DNA of 64,000 nucleotides from Rickettsiales bacterium. GTDB lineage: Bacteria; Pseudomonadota; Alphaproteobacteria; Rickettsiales; UBA3002. A program made the translations under genes and the position numbers. The stretch spans positions 859 through 64,858 of the forward strand of contig JBJXEM010000007.1 in assembly GCA_046154225.1 (NCBI GenBank), read 5' to 3'. Positions 54,214 to 63,846 of the stretch are shown here, piece by piece. Each line of letters begins with the position of its first letter. Within the stretch, counting starts at the first letter, position 1. The notes below the pieces were generated by a model that saw only the letters and a program-made list of their open reading frames with translations, was not told where the DNA came from and searched no databases.

Positions 54214-57200
54214 ATGCCCACCACCAGCGACGTTCGCGCCCAGTTTTTGCAATTTTTCGACAGCAAGCAACACCGTGTGTTGCCCAGTTCCAGCCTCGTG
54301 CCGCATAACGACCCGACCCTGATGTTCGCCAACGCAGGCATGAACCAGTTCAAGAATATTTTCACCGGCAACGAAAAGCCGTTAGCCCCACGAGTGACGA
54401 CTACGCAGAAAGTGGTACGCGCCGGGGGCAAACATAACGACCTCGACAATGTGGGCTACACTGCCCGCCACCATACGTTTTTCGAGATGCTCGGCAATTT
54501 CAGTTTCGGCGATTATTTTAAGGAAGGTGCGATTGAATTTGCGTGGGAGCTGCTCACCAACATATGGCAGATTAATCCCGAGAAGCTTTGTGTTACCGTC
54601 TATCATACGGACGATGAAGCCTTTGCACTCTGGAAAAAAATCGCGGGGCTCCCTGAATCGAGAATCATCCGTATCGCCAGCGACGATAATTTCTGGGCGA
54701 TGGGCGACACCGGCCCTTGCGGTCCCTGCTCGGAAATTTTCTACGACCACGGCGCGCATATCGCGGGCGGCCCACCCGGCTCGCCCGATGCCGATGGCGA
54801 CCGGTTCGTGGAAATCTGGAACCTTGTGTTCATGCAGTCCGACCAGAAGGACGCCGACACACGCGTTAATCTTCCCAAACCCTGCATCGATACCGGCATG
54901 GGGCTCGAGCGCATTACCGCCGTGCTGCAAGGGGTTCACGATAATTACGACACGGATTTATTTAAAAACCTGATTGCAGCCTCTGTAAATTTCTCAAAGA
55001 GCAACTCAGCAAAGTCCGCCAGCCACCGTGTCATCGCCGACCATCTGCGCTCCAGCAGTTTTCTCATCGCCGACGGCGTACTGCCCAGTAACGAAGGGCG
55101 CGGCTACGTGCTGCGCCGCATTATGCGCCGCGCGATGCGCCACGCCCACATGCTAGGCTGCCGCGACCCGCTGATGTACAAACTTGTGCCCACGCTGGTT
55201 TCCGAAATGGGCGCCGCCTACCCCGAACTCACCCGCGCCGAAACCGCGATTACCGAAACGCTGAAGCTCGAGGAAGAGCGTTTCAAACAAACGCTGGATC
55301 GCGGGTTAAAACTGCTGGAGGAGGAAAAAGCAAAACTCTTCAGCTCCCCCCCTGAGGGGGAGCGGGCGAGTGTAGCGAGCCGTGGGGGGGACTCTCCACG
55401 CGTCGATGCGCTGAAATCCCCCCCCACCAAATCCGCAGGCGGATTTGACTCCCCCTCGGGGGGGGAGTTGCCAGGGCCCGCCACGCGACCTCAGTTCCCA
55501 GGCGTTGTCGCGTTCAAACTTTACGACACCTTCGGCTTCCCACTCGACCTGACGCAGGATATTTTGCGCGGCGAGAATATTGCGGTCGACCTTGAGGGCT
55601 TCACCGCCGCCATGGACGAGCAAAAAGCCAAAGCCCGCGCGGCGTGGAAAGGCTCGGGGCAGTCGGCCACGGCGGGGCTGTGGTTTGATATTAAAGAACG
55701 CGTCGGCGCGACCGAGTTTTTGGGCTACGCGATGGATGAAGCGGAGGCGCAAGTGGTCGCTATCGTGCATGGCGACGCTGAAGTGCAGTCCGCCGCAGCT
55801 GGCGAAACCGTCAGCGTATTGCTCAATCAAACACCGTTTTACGGCGAATCCGGCGGCCAAATCGGCGATGCGGGAACCTTTAGCGCTAACGGCACTGTCA
55901 TCGGTCTTGTCACCCGCACCGGCAAACTCCTCGATGGGCTGATTGTGCATGAAGTGACGCTCAGCGCATCGCTGAAAGTGGGCGATTCAGTGCAAGCCCA
56001 TATCGCGGGCGATGCACGCCGTCTCATCCGCGCCAACCACTCGGCCACGCACTTGCTGCACGCAGCGCTGCGCGAAAAACTGGGTGAGCACGTTACCCAA
56101 AAGGGCTCGCTCGTGACCGCCGAACGGCTGCGGTTCGACGTGACGAACCCCAAAGCCATCAGCCGCGACGAGTTGGATGCGGTGGAAGCCACGGTCAACC
56201 ACTACGTGGCGCAGCAATCACCCGCCACCACCAAACTGATGACGCAGGATGAAGCCATAAAATCCGGCGCGATGGCGCTGTTCGGCGAAAAATACGGCGA
56301 CGAAGTGCGCGTGCTCGAATTAGGCTACAGAGAAGATACTTCCTTCCTTCACTCCCCCCTTGCGGGGGAGTCGAATCGCCCCTTAAGCGATTCGGTGGGG
56401 GGTACAGCGCCGCAAGAAGCCCCCCACGGATTTTCTCAAGAGAAAATCCCGCTCCCCCGCAAGGGGGGAGCTAAAGTGCCCTTCTCGGTCGAGCTATGCG
56501 GCGGCACCCATGTTGCCAACACCGGCGATATCGGTGCGTTCAAAATTGTCTCGGAAGGCTCGGTCAGCTCCGGTGTGCGGCGAATCGAAGCCGTGACGGG
56601 CGAAGGCGTGCGGGTCTATTTGCTTGAGCAGCTAGAGAAGCTCTCGGCACAGATGCAAGGCCTCATCGGGGAAAATACTCGCCTGCGTGGCGAGCTTAAA
56701 CAACCGGCAAGTGCCGCCATTTCTGCCCCTGATACGGCCGCATTGCACACCGCATCGCTTGCGCAGGTGCCCGCACTTTATGCCGACCAATCCGCCAAAG
56801 CCGCCGCGCCGATTGCTTCGCTCGCGGAAGAAAACAAGAAGCTCGCCAAGCAGCTCGAAAGCGCTAAAAAGCAAGCGGCGATGGATGGCGCAGGCGGCGA
56901 AGCGGATGTTGAAACTATCGGCTCCATCAAACTCGCCAGCAAACATTTTGGCGAGCTGGACGCGAAGTCGCTGCGCGATCTCGCCCAGGCCCTGCAACAA
57001 AAACACGGCGATTGCGTCGTCGTCGCACTTTCCACTACGGAAGGCAAAGCCAACATCATTATCGCCATCGGCAAAGAGATTCAGGGCAAGGTAGCGGCAC
57101 CGGATTTGGTGAAAGTGGCGGTTGAAGCCGTTGGCGGCAAAGGCGGTGGCGGCCGCCCCGAATTCGCCCAAGGCGGCGGGCCTGATGGTGACAAGCTAGA

Positions 57201-57240
57201 TGCGGCGCTTTTGGCGGTAAAGGCGGCGCTCGCATTATAA
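54214..57240 (+). CDS. alaS: alanine--tRNA ligase carrying two in-frame palindromic-element insertions
   Basis: [67 protein letters not shown]. It is 1008 aa versus about 876 aa in E. coli. Confidence 0.95.
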   Translation: MPTTSDVRAQFLQFFDSKQHRVLPSSSLVPHNDPTLMFANAGMNQFKNIFTGNEKPLAPRVTTTQKVVRAGGKHNDLDNVGYTARHHTFFEMLGNFSFGDYFKEGAIEFAWELLTNIWQINPEKLCVTVYHTDDEAFALWKKIAGLPESRIIRIASDDNFWAMGDTGPCGPCSEIFYDHGAHIAGGPPGSPDADGDRFVEIWNLVFMQSDQKDADTRVNLPKPCIDTGMGLERITAVLQGVHDNYDTDLFKNLIAASVNFSKSNSAKSASHRVIADHLRSSSFLIADGVLPSNEGRGYVLRRIMRRAMRHAHMLGCRDPLMYKLVPTLVSEMGAAYPELTRAETAITETLKLEEERFKQTLDRGLKLLEEEKAKLFSSPPEGERASVASRGGDSPRVDALKSPPTKSAGGFDSPSGGELPGPATRPQFPGVVAFKLYDTFGFPLDLTQDILRGENIAVDLEGFTAAMDEQKAKARAAWKGSGQSATAGLWFDIKERVGATEFLGYAMDEAEAQVVAIVHGDAEVQSAAAGETVSVLLNQTPFYGESGGQIGDAGTFSANGTVIGLVTRTGKLLDGLIVHEVTLSASLKVGDSVQAHIAGDARRLIRANHSATHLLHAALREKLGEHVTQKGSLVTAERLRFDVTNPKAISRDELDAVEATVNHYVAQQSPATTKLMTQDEAIKSGAMALFGEKYGDEVRVLELGYREDTSFLHSPLAGESNRPLSDSVGGTAPQEAPHGFSQEKIPLPRKGGAKVPFSVELCGGTHVANTGDIGAFKIVSEGSVSSGVRRIEAVTGEGVRVYLLEQLEKLSAQMQGLIGENTRLRGELKQPASAAISAPDTAALHTASLAQVPALYADQSAKAAAPIASLAEENKKLAKQLESAKKQAAMDGAGGEADVETIGSIKLASKHFGELDAKSLRDLAQALQQKHGDCVVVALSTTEGKANIIIAIGKEIQGKVAAPDLVKVAVEAVGGKGGGGRPEFAQGGGPDGDKLDAALLAVKAALAL
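55339..55488. repeat. family D palindromic element D3, in frame inside alaS (50 codons)
   Basis: Hairpins: GCTCCCC..GGGGAGC, AAATCCGCagGCGGATTT, ACTCCCCCtcGGGGGGGGAGT. It encodes [50 protein letters not shown], which is absent from canonical AlaS between ..EEEKAKL and [11 protein letters not shown]. Confidence 0.8.
56326..56478. repeat. family D palindromic element D4, in frame inside alaS (51 codons)
   Basis: Hairpins: CTCCCCccttgcGGGGAG, GAATCGCcccttaaGCGATTC, GGATTTTCTCaaGAGAAAATCC, GCTCCCCCgcaaGGGGGGAGC. It is inserted between RVLELG and [11 protein letters not shown]. Confidence 0.8.
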
Positions 57241-57291
57241 TCTTCATCTAATCTTCATTAAACTCAGTATGCGCTGTGCTATTTCATCGAA

Positions 57292-58917
57292 ATGCACACA
57301 TTGAACGAACGCATTTTGCCCTCAAAACGTCGCAAATCCATCGCCATTATCGGCGGTGGGTTAACTGGCTTGATGACAGCTAAAGAGCTTCAGGAACAAG
57401 GCTTTGCCGTTACAGTGTTCGAGGAAGATGCGCGGCTTGGCGGCCACATAAAAACGGTCATGGCACCCCATGAGGGGCTCATGATCGAATCTGGTGCTGA
57501 ACTCATCTCAGGCAAGCACGAACATGTTCTGAAACTAGCGCAGGAATTGGGGCTGGAAGTTCAGCCGCTCTCGACGCCCGATAATTCTGCGGATACTGGC
57601 ACCCTCCTGCATTTCGGCGGGCAGGTGTATACGCAGAGCGAATTCGAATCGACTTTCGCCATACTAGCCCAAGCCATTGCGCAGGATGAGTCAGAGCTCT
57701 ATTTTCGCACTGACCTGCCCATAGACTCCACCCGAGACATTCCATGGAACCGTCACGTGGCCGAGAAACTCGATGCGATGAGCTTACGCGATTATTTGCT
57801 GGAAAAAAAACAGCAGCTGCACGTAGCCGGAAATGACATTCCGGACTGGCTGATTGAAGCGATTGCCACTTCCTACGGTGGTGAAATTGGTCAGGATGCT
57901 GAAAGAATTTCTGCCCTAACATTCGTCACCATGCTGAACACGTCGTTGTTGCGCAGTGGCAATGCACAGGGGCTTGAAATGCCAGGCGAAGAAGATCAAA
58001 TCTACCGCATTCGCGGTGGCAACGAAGCACTGATCGGCGCACTCGTCGACCGGGTGCTGTCCACCGCCCCGCCGCCCAACCACTTCCATCGCGGCGGCGG
58101 TGTTATCCGGCACTCCTCACCGGTCACACATGTCCAGCAAATCCCTCGCAATCGAGTCAGCGTCACTTACCAAAACCACGGACAGCTACAAACCGAACAG
58201 TTCGATGGGCTGGTCACGACCATGTCGATGTCGGCCCTGCGCCAAATCCCCGGCATGCAACATGTGCTGCAGCGCCACAGCACCGCGAGCGAAGATGTGG
58301 ACATCATCGAAACCATGCAAGAAAGCGATGTCAGTAAAATCACCTTCCAGACGCGCCTGCCTCCGGCACAACTGCTTGCGACCCTTAACGACGGAAAAGC
58401 TTTTGAGGGAATTATCTACACGGATTCCGGCCCGCAAACCATTTGGGTGTCGAGCAGTAACCAGCGCACTACTTATGGAAAGCCACCTCGCGGCGGCCTG
58501 ATTACGTGCTATGTGTGCGGCGAAACGTCTCGCCTAGCTGCACCCGAAAAAGCAGCACTTTGCGAGAAAGCAATTCTGCAGATGCTGCAATCACGCGATG
58601 CTACCCTCACCCGCAATGCCATTTTTACGGACAATCCTCCGGTCGTGAGTGATTGGGTGGATAATTTACAGGGCTGCTTTGCTTCGCCTGCGCCCGGCCA
58701 GTTTCTGCCGCTGTGCGATTTTAATCCGTATCACGGTAACATCGTGACCACCGGCAGCTTCCTGCCGCTGACCGTGAATAACCCCACGACGGAAGAAGGT
58801 TTCGATATCGACATTCAGCTGGGGTACATGAACAATGCCATTAATGCCGCGAAACAAGCTGCCAATCACTTGACCGCCTATTATGCAAAACGCTCAGCTT
58901 CTGTGCCGTTACGATAA
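57292..58917 (+). CDS. FAD-dependent amine oxidase family oxidoreductase
   Basis: N-terminal dinucleotide-binding motif IAIIGGGLTGLMTAKELQEQGFAVTVFEEDARLGGH. Confidence 0.7.
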   Translation: MHTLNERILPSKRRKSIAIIGGGLTGLMTAKELQEQGFAVTVFEEDARLGGHIKTVMAPHEGLMIESGAELISGKHEHVLKLAQELGLEVQPLSTPDNSADTGTLLHFGGQVYTQSEFESTFAILAQAIAQDESELYFRTDLPIDSTRDIPWNRHVAEKLDAMSLRDYLLEKKQQLHVAGNDIPDWLIEAIATSYGGEIGQDAERISALTFVTMLNTSLLRSGNAQGLEMPGEEDQIYRIRGGNEALIGALVDRVLSTAPPPNHFHRGGGVIRHSSPVTHVQQIPRNRVSVTYQNHGQLQTEQFDGLVTTMSMSALRQIPGMQHVLQRHSTASEDVDIIETMQESDVSKITFQTRLPPAQLLATLNDGKAFEGIIYTDSGPQTIWVSSSNQRTTYGKPPRGGLITCYVCGETSRLAAPEKAALCEKAILQMLQSRDATLTRNAIFTDNPPVVSDWVDNLQGCFASPAPGQFLPLCDFNPYHGNIVTTGSFLPLTVNNPTTEEGFDIDIQLGYMNNAINAAKQAANHLTAYYAKRSASVPLR

Positions 58918-59000
58918 CCTGTTCCCACCTCTAATCGCCAAAGCACATCAAGCCGCACGAAATTGCCACAACCTCAGGTTTACTTGGCCAAGTGGCTGGC

Positions 59001-59029
59001 CGGATTCCAGCTTTCGCTGGAATGACGGG
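59001..59029. repeat. solo arm of the GGATTCCAGCTTTCGCTGGAATGAC repeat
   Basis: Identical to the right outer arm at 35064-35088. No partner arm is nearby. Confidence 0.7.
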
Positions 59030-59078
59030 GGTGGCCCGCGGTATAAGGAAGCGAAGATTTAACCTTAGGAGCACCCAC

Positions 59079-60554
59079 ATGGCATCCGTCGTTCAGCTGA
59101 ATAAAAACCCCGAAGCTCACACCATTACCGTGGCCTACGGCGATGGCATCGGGCCGGAAATCATGGAAGCGGTGCTGAAAATCCTGAAAGAAGCCCATTG
59201 CCCACTGGTGATCGACACCATCGAGGTTGGCCAAAAATTCTACGAAAAAGGCGTCACGACCGGCATTCCGCCGGCCGCGTGGGATTCCATTCGCCGCACC
59301 AAGGTGCTGCTGAAAGCCCCCATCACCACCCCGCAAGGTGGCGGGTATAAAAGCCTGAACGTGACGATGCGCAAAGCGCTGGGGCTTTACGCCAACGTGC
59401 GGCCCTGCACCAGCTTTCACCCCTACATCAAGTCCATGCATGCCAACATGAACCTCGTGATCGTGCGCGAGAACGAAGAGGATTTATACGCCGGGATTGA
59501 ATATCGCCAGACGCAGGACGCGTTTCAGTCGGTGAAAATCATCACCCGTTCGGGGTCCGAGCGCATCATGCGTTACGCGTTCGAATATGCCGTGGCCAAC
59601 GGTCGCAAAAAAGTGACCTGCATGAGCAAAGACAACATCATGAAACTCACCGACGGTGCGTTCCACGACATGTTCACCAAAGTGGCCGCCAACTTCCCGC
59701 AAATTGAATCCGAGCATTACATCATCGATATCGGCTCGGCCCGCATCGCCAGCAAACCCCATATTTTCGACGTGATCGTGACCGAAAACCTGTTCGGTGA
59801 CATTATTTCGGACATTGCTGCGGAAGTCTCCGGTTCGGTGGGCTTGGCGGGCAGTGCTAATATCGGCGCGAATTACGCCATGTTCGAAGCGATTCACGGC
59901 AGCGCGCCGGACATTGCTGGTAAAAACATCGCTAACCCCTCGGGCCTGCTGCATGGCGCCATCATGATGCTGGTGCATCTGGGCCTGCATAAAGAAGCCA
60001 GCACGATTCACAACGCATGGCTGAAAACCATCGAAGACGGGCAGCATACCGGCGATATCTTCAGCGACATGAGCAAAGCAAAACTGGGCTGCAAGGAATT
60101 CGCGGAGGCGGTAATCGAGCGTTTGGGGCAAGAGCCCGAAACCTACCGCGTGGTAAAATACGCGCCGCGCGCCAGCAGCGAATCCATCCACGCGGTGATG
60201 GCGCCGGAAACGGAAATACGTAAACTCGTCGGCGCCGATTTCTTCGTGCACTGGACGGGCGACGACATCAACGATCTGGGCACGCAAATCAGCGAACTTT
60301 CGACCGACGCGTTAGGCCTCACACTTATTTCGTGTAAAGGTTTAAAAGTATGGCCTAACATGGTGACCGAAATGGATTTTACCGACCGTTTCCGCTGCCG
60401 CTTCCTGCCTAAAAACAAGGATGCCGAAGTCACCCACGCGGAAATTGCCGAGCTGCTAACGCGCGCGGCTGCCAAAAACATCGACTTCCTGAAAGTGGAA
60501 ACGCTGTTCACGTTTGATGGCAAAGCCGGGTTCAGCGCCAGCCAGGGGGAATAA
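59079..60554 (+). CDS. icd: NADP-dependent isocitrate dehydrogenase (~490-aa type with C-terminal extra domain)
   Basis: AGGAG SD. Motifs: ITVAYGDGIGPEIM, GYKSLNVTMRKALGLYANVRPC, LVIVRENEEDLYAGIE, NLFGDIISD, HGSAPDIAGKNIANP. Confidence 0.9.
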   Translation: MASVVQLNKNPEAHTITVAYGDGIGPEIMEAVLKILKEAHCPLVIDTIEVGQKFYEKGVTTGIPPAAWDSIRRTKVLLKAPITTPQGGGYKSLNVTMRKALGLYANVRPCTSFHPYIKSMHANMNLVIVRENEEDLYAGIEYRQTQDAFQSVKIITRSGSERIMRYAFEYAVANGRKKVTCMSKDNIMKLTDGAFHDMFTKVAANFPQIESEHYIIDIGSARIASKPHIFDVIVTENLFGDIISDIAAEVSGSVGLAGSANIGANYAMFEAIHGSAPDIAGKNIANPSGLLHGAIMMLVHLGLHKEASTIHNAWLKTIEDGQHTGDIFSDMSKAKLGCKEFAEAVIERLGQEPETYRVVKYAPRASSESIHAVMAPETEIRKLVGADFFVHWTGDDINDLGTQISELSTDALGLTLISCKGLKVWPNMVTEMDFTDRFRCRFLPKNKDAEVTHAEIAELLTRAAAKNIDFLKVETLFTFDGKAGFSASQGE

Positions 60555-60557
60555 TAT

Positions 60558-60734
60558 TTGGGTGAGTTTCTGCTATTTATCGTGGAAATCGTCGCTGACT
60601 TTTTAATGTTCCGTCACGTCAAATCGACAGGCGCCATTGATGAGAAAGAGTTTTCATGGATAAAGATTGCCGTTTTTGTCGCCTGTTTGGCCATTGTCGG
60701 TATAATCTTTTTCACCGTGCAATTTAACCGCTAA
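60558..60734 (+). CDS. possible small membrane protein (58 aa, TTG start)
   Basis: Not in ORF track. GGGGGA lies 7 nt upstream of the TTG. The product is GEFLLFIVEIVADFLMF...IAVFVACLAIVGIIFFTVQFNR. It overlaps the convergent hisF-like stop by 11 nt. Confidence 0.25.
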   Translation: MGEFLLFIVEIVADFLMFRHVKSTGAIDEKEFSWIKIAVFVACLAIVGIIFFTVQFNR

Positions 60735-61482
60735 ACGCTGCGGTCATGTCGGCCCTACTCGGCACATTCACCAGTACCGCGCGGTGTTTTCCCTGAAACA
60801 CGAACAGCGCCCCGGCGCTGGCGGCGGAAGCCCCGGCGCGGGTGGCAGCAGCGAGGTTTGCGGCGCTGTTGGCTCCCCCGGCGGCAATAACGGGCACGGT
60901 GGTGTTTTTGGCCACGAGGCCCACCAATTCAAGGTCGTAGCCGCTGAGTGTGCCGTCTTTGTGAATCGCCTGAATCAGGATTTCGCCAGCCCCTTTGGCT
61001 GTCACGTCGCGCACATATTCCTCAAGTAGCGTGGCGATTTTGCGGCTGCCGGATGCGACCATCACCTCATAGCCGCCCAGCAGCTTTTTGCGCACATCGA
61101 TACCCACGACCACGCTTTGGCGACCAAAACGTGCGGCGGCTTCCTCGATAAAACCCGGTGTGCTTGCAGCCGTGGTAATGCAGATTTTTTCACAGCCGAG
61201 GCGGTAGAGGCGCTCCATTTGCGCCACGTTTTTCACGCCTCCGCCATAGCATAGCGGCATAAAGCATTCGCTCGCCAGTTCACCGATGAGCGCGTAATTC
61301 GGTTCGCGCCCTTCGCGCGTCGCGTCGATGTCGAGCAACATGAGCTCATCAACGCCTTTGTCGTTAAAAATCCGCGCGGTGTTGATGGCGTCGCCCACAT
61401 AGCGGTGGTTGGCGAATTTTTCGCCCTTCACCAGCCCGGTTTTGCGTAGCAGCAGGCAAGGAATGATGCGCGGTCTAGCCAT
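60724..61482 (-). CDS. imidazole glycerol phosphate synthase cyclase subunit homologue (HisF/WbuZ-like, sugar acetamidino modification type)
   Basis: RIIPCLLLRKTGLVKGEKF, VDELMLLDIDA, PLCYGGGV, PVIAAGGA. It is clustered with the hisH-like and N-acetyl sugar amidotransferase genes. Confidence 0.8.
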   Translation of the reverse strand: MARPRIIPCLLLRKTGLVKGEKFANHRYVGDAINTARIFNDKGVDELMLLDIDATREGREPNYALIGELASECFMPLCYGGGVKNVAQMERLYRLGCEKICITTAASTPGFIEEAAARFGRQSVVVGIDVRKKLLGGYEVMVASGSRKIATLLEEYVRDVTAKGAGEILIQAIHKDGTLSGYDLELVGLVAKNTTVPVIAAGGANSAANLAAATRAGASAASAGALFVFQGKHRAVLVNVPSRADMTAAFSG

Positions 61483-61864
61483 GCGTCACTTCCCGCAAAT
61501 CGTAGTGAAACACTTTTGCAATAATCTGCCAGCGATCTGCCACGCATATCAATGTCAGGAAGTCGGTAAAAAATTTTATCCCAATTGCGCATTGTACTTT
61601 GGCAAACGCCGTCACCGGCCCAGCAAACTCGATGGAAATTATGCGGTCAGCGCGCTGTTCATTACGACTGGCAGGGGATTCGCGCTTGGCTACCACTTGG
61701 AAATACTCATCCATATGCAAATGCAGTAATGTTCCGTCCGTGGCGCAAGAATATTGGGCTTTGGGGTGAAAAACCTGCTGCAATAACCCTACATCACTAT
61801 GATAAAGCCCATCGAAATACTGGTTTAGCACTGCTGCCACCGCATGAAAATCATTGCTAGCCAT
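61475..61864 (-). CDS. NTF2/SnoaL-like fold protein (129 aa)
   Basis: AVAAVLNQYFDGLYHSDVGLLQQVFHPKAQY ... RWQIIAKVFHYD resembles NTF2-like (lumazine-binding-type) proteins. It has 8-nt overlaps with both neighbours. Confidence 0.55.
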   Translation of the reverse strand: MASNDFHAVAAVLNQYFDGLYHSDVGLLQQVFHPKAQYSCATDGTLLHLHMDEYFQVVAKRESPASRNEQRADRIISIEFAGPVTAFAKVQCAIGIKFFTDFLTLICVADRWQIIAKVFHYDLREVTHG

Positions 61865-62594
61865 GGAATTCCTCCGCGAAGGCTTTCAAAAACCGCATGC
61901 CGAAGGCGTGGCTTTTTTCGGGGTGGAACTGCGCGCCCACCACATTGCCGCGCGCGAAAGCCGATACAAAATCGTGCCCATAATGGGTGGTGCCCAGCAC
62001 ATCGGACTTTTCGGCGCAGGTGACGTAATAGGAATGCACAAAGTAAAAGCGCGGAGGTTCACTCCCTCCCCCAGAGGGGGAGGGTTGGGGTGGGGGCGAC
62101 TCAAGCGTTGATCCAGGAATATTATCCGCAGTGCCAATCAGCCCCCCTCCCAACCTCCCCCCTCCAGGGGGAGGAACTTGTTCGGCGTAGCCATTTGCGA
62201 AAGGACTGGCGGGGGCGAATGCCACTTCGTCCCAGCCCATATGCGGCACGGGTAACGGCGCCACATCGCGAAATTCGCGCACGGTCGCATCTATCCAGCC
62301 CAGCCCGTCGCAATCGCCCTCTTCGCTGTGCTTGGCCATCAGCTGCATGCCGAGGCAAATGCCTAAAATCGGGGTTTTTTGGCCCAGCACGGCCGTGTCA
62401 AGCGCTGCGCGGTAGCCGCTTTGGTTCAGCCACGCCATCACCGTGGCGAAATGGCCCACGCCAGGTAGGATAACCTTGCTGGCACCCAGCACATCTGCGG
62501 GCGATTGGGCAATACGGGCAGCCACGCCAATGCGTTTGAGCATATTGGCGACCGAGCTGATGTTGCTTTGCTGGGTGTCGATTAAAGTGATCAT
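61857..62594 (-). CDS. glutamine amidotransferase HisH/WbuY-like subunit carrying an in-frame palindromic-element insertion
   Basis: Start at ATG 62594 (MITLIDTQQSN). Motifs: VILPGVGHF, PILGICLGMQLM (catalytic Cys), VPHMGWDEV, FYFVHSYY, GAQFHPEKS. Confidence 0.85.
   Translation of the reverse strand: MITLIDTQQSNISSVANMLKRIGVAARIAQSPADVLGASKVILPGVGHFATVMAWLNQSGYRAALDTAVLGQKTPILGICLGMQLMAKHSEEGDCDGLGWIDATVREFRDVAPLPVPHMGWDEVAFAPASPFANGYAEQVPPPGGGRLGGGLIGTADNIPGSTLESPPPQPSPSGGGSEPPRFYFVHSYYVTCAEKSDVLGTTHYGHDFVSAFARGNVVGAQFHPEKSHAFGMRFLKAFAEEFHG
62053..62178. repeat. family D palindromic element D5, in frame inside the hisH-like gene (~42 codons; boundaries approximate)
   Basis: Hairpins CCCTCCCCCagaGGGGGAGGG and CCTCCCCCCtccaGGGGGAGG. 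It encodes PPPGGGRLGGGLIGTADNIPGSTLESPPPQPSPSGGGSEPP between FANGYAEQV and RFYFVHSY. Confidence 0.75.
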
Positions 62595-62700
62595 GTGCGT
62601 GGTGGGTGGTGAGTGGTGAGTAGTGGCGTTGCGTATAGTTTGTGCTACATAGCATCGGCTTTTTACTTTCACTACTCACAACTCACCACCCACCACGCAC
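62595..62700. repeat. heptad (GTGNGTG)n inverted repeat, family C copy 2, occupying the whole divergent intergenic region
   Basis: GTGCGTGGTGGGTGGTGAGTGGTGAGTAGTG (62595-62625) and CACTACTCACAACTCACCACCCACCACGCAC (62670-62700) form a 31-bp inverted repeat with 1 mismatch. Each arm abuts a start codon (62594 and 62701). Confidence 0.85.
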
Positions 62701-63846
62701 ATGCAACAAACTACTTGCCAAGTCTGCATCATGGACACGACGGACCCCGAAATTGTGTTTCACGGGGCGGATGGCTGCAATCATTGCATCAACGCCCGCG
62801 CACGCATCGAACACGACGCGTTTCCCGGGACCGAGGGTGAAGCGCGGCTGGCCGCACTCGCCGAAACCATTAAAGCCGCAGGGCGCGGCCGGGAATATGA
62901 CTGCCTCGTCGGCATTTCCGGTGGGGTGGATTCGAGCTACGTGATTTACAAGGCAAAGCAACTCGGCCTGCGCCCGCTCGCCCTGCATCTCGATAATGGC
63001 TGGAACTCGGAACTGGCCGTGCATAACATCGAGCGGCTGATGACCAAACTGGGCATCGACCTTGTCACCCACGTCGTCGACTGGGAAGAAATCCGCGATA
63101 TGCAGCGCGCCTGTTTCAACGTGCCGCTGATGGATATCGAAATCGTGTCCGACCACGCTATTTTCGCGGCCATGTTTAAAACCGCCGCGCAGCACGGCAT
63201 TAAATACATTCTCTCCGGCAGCAACGTGGCGACGGAATCCATCATGCCGCGTGCGTGGTTTTACGATAAGCGCGATAGTCGCCATGTGCGCGCAGTGCAT
63301 CGCAAATTCGGCGCAGGCGTACGGCTAAAAACATTTCCGTTCTTATCACCGTGGAAGTTTTTGCAATATGTGTTCGTGAATAAAATCCGGATGATTCCGA
63401 TGTTGAATTATGGCGGTTTCAACAAACCGATGGCGGTGGAATTTTTAGGCCGCGAATTCGACTGGCGCCCCTACCCCAACAAGCACGGCGAATCGACGTT
63501 CACGCGGTTTTTTCAGGATTATTATCTGCCCGCCAAATTCGGCATCGACAAGCGCCGGGCTCATTTCTCGAGCATGATCGCGGCCGGCCAAATGACGCGC
63601 GACGAAGCCATTTCGCGACTAAGCACGCCATTATTTACGCCCGAAGCACTAGCGATTGAGAAAGAATATGTGTTGAAAAAGCTGGGCTACACCTCCCCGG
63701 AATGGGACGCGATCATGGCCCGCCCGGCCACGCCGCATCAGGCCCTGCCGCATAATGGCTGGATGTTTAACACCAACAACCCGCTGGTGCAGTTCATTCG
63801 CCGCACCACCAAAATGGAACGCGGGGCGCGCGGGGGGCGTGCATGA
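62701..63846 (+). CDS. N-acetyl sugar amidotransferase (WbpG/PseA-like PP-loop ATP pyrophosphatase)
   Basis: N-terminal CQVC...CNHC zinc ribbon and the PP-loop CLVGISGGVDSSYV. It pairs with the hisH/hisF-like genes. Confidence 0.8.
   Translation: MQQTTCQVCIMDTTDPEIVFHGADGCNHCINARARIEHDAFPGTEGEARLAALAETIKAAGRGREYDCLVGISGGVDSSYVIYKAKQLGLRPLALHLDNGWNSELAVHNIERLMTKLGIDLVTHVVDWEEIRDMQRACFNVPLMDIEIVSDHAIFAAMFKTAAQHGIKYILSGSNVATESIMPRAWFYDKRDSRHVRAVHRKFGAGVRLKTFPFLSPWKFLQYVFVNKIRMIPMLNYGGFNKPMAVEFLGREFDWRPYPNKHGESTFTRFFQDYYLPAKFGIDKRRAHFSSMIAAGQMTRDEAISRLSTPLFTPEALAIEKEYVLKKLGYTSPEWDAIMARPATPHQALPHNGWMFNTNNPLVQFIRRTTKMERGARGGRA

Noticed and set aside
60724-62594. hisF/hisH as histidine-biosynthesis genes
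   Set aside because: They are clustered and coupled with a PP-loop N-acetyl sugar amidotransferase and are remote from hisI. The context fits the sugar-acetamidino (WbuY/WbuZ-type) paralogues. This cannot be fully excluded without the rest of the genome.
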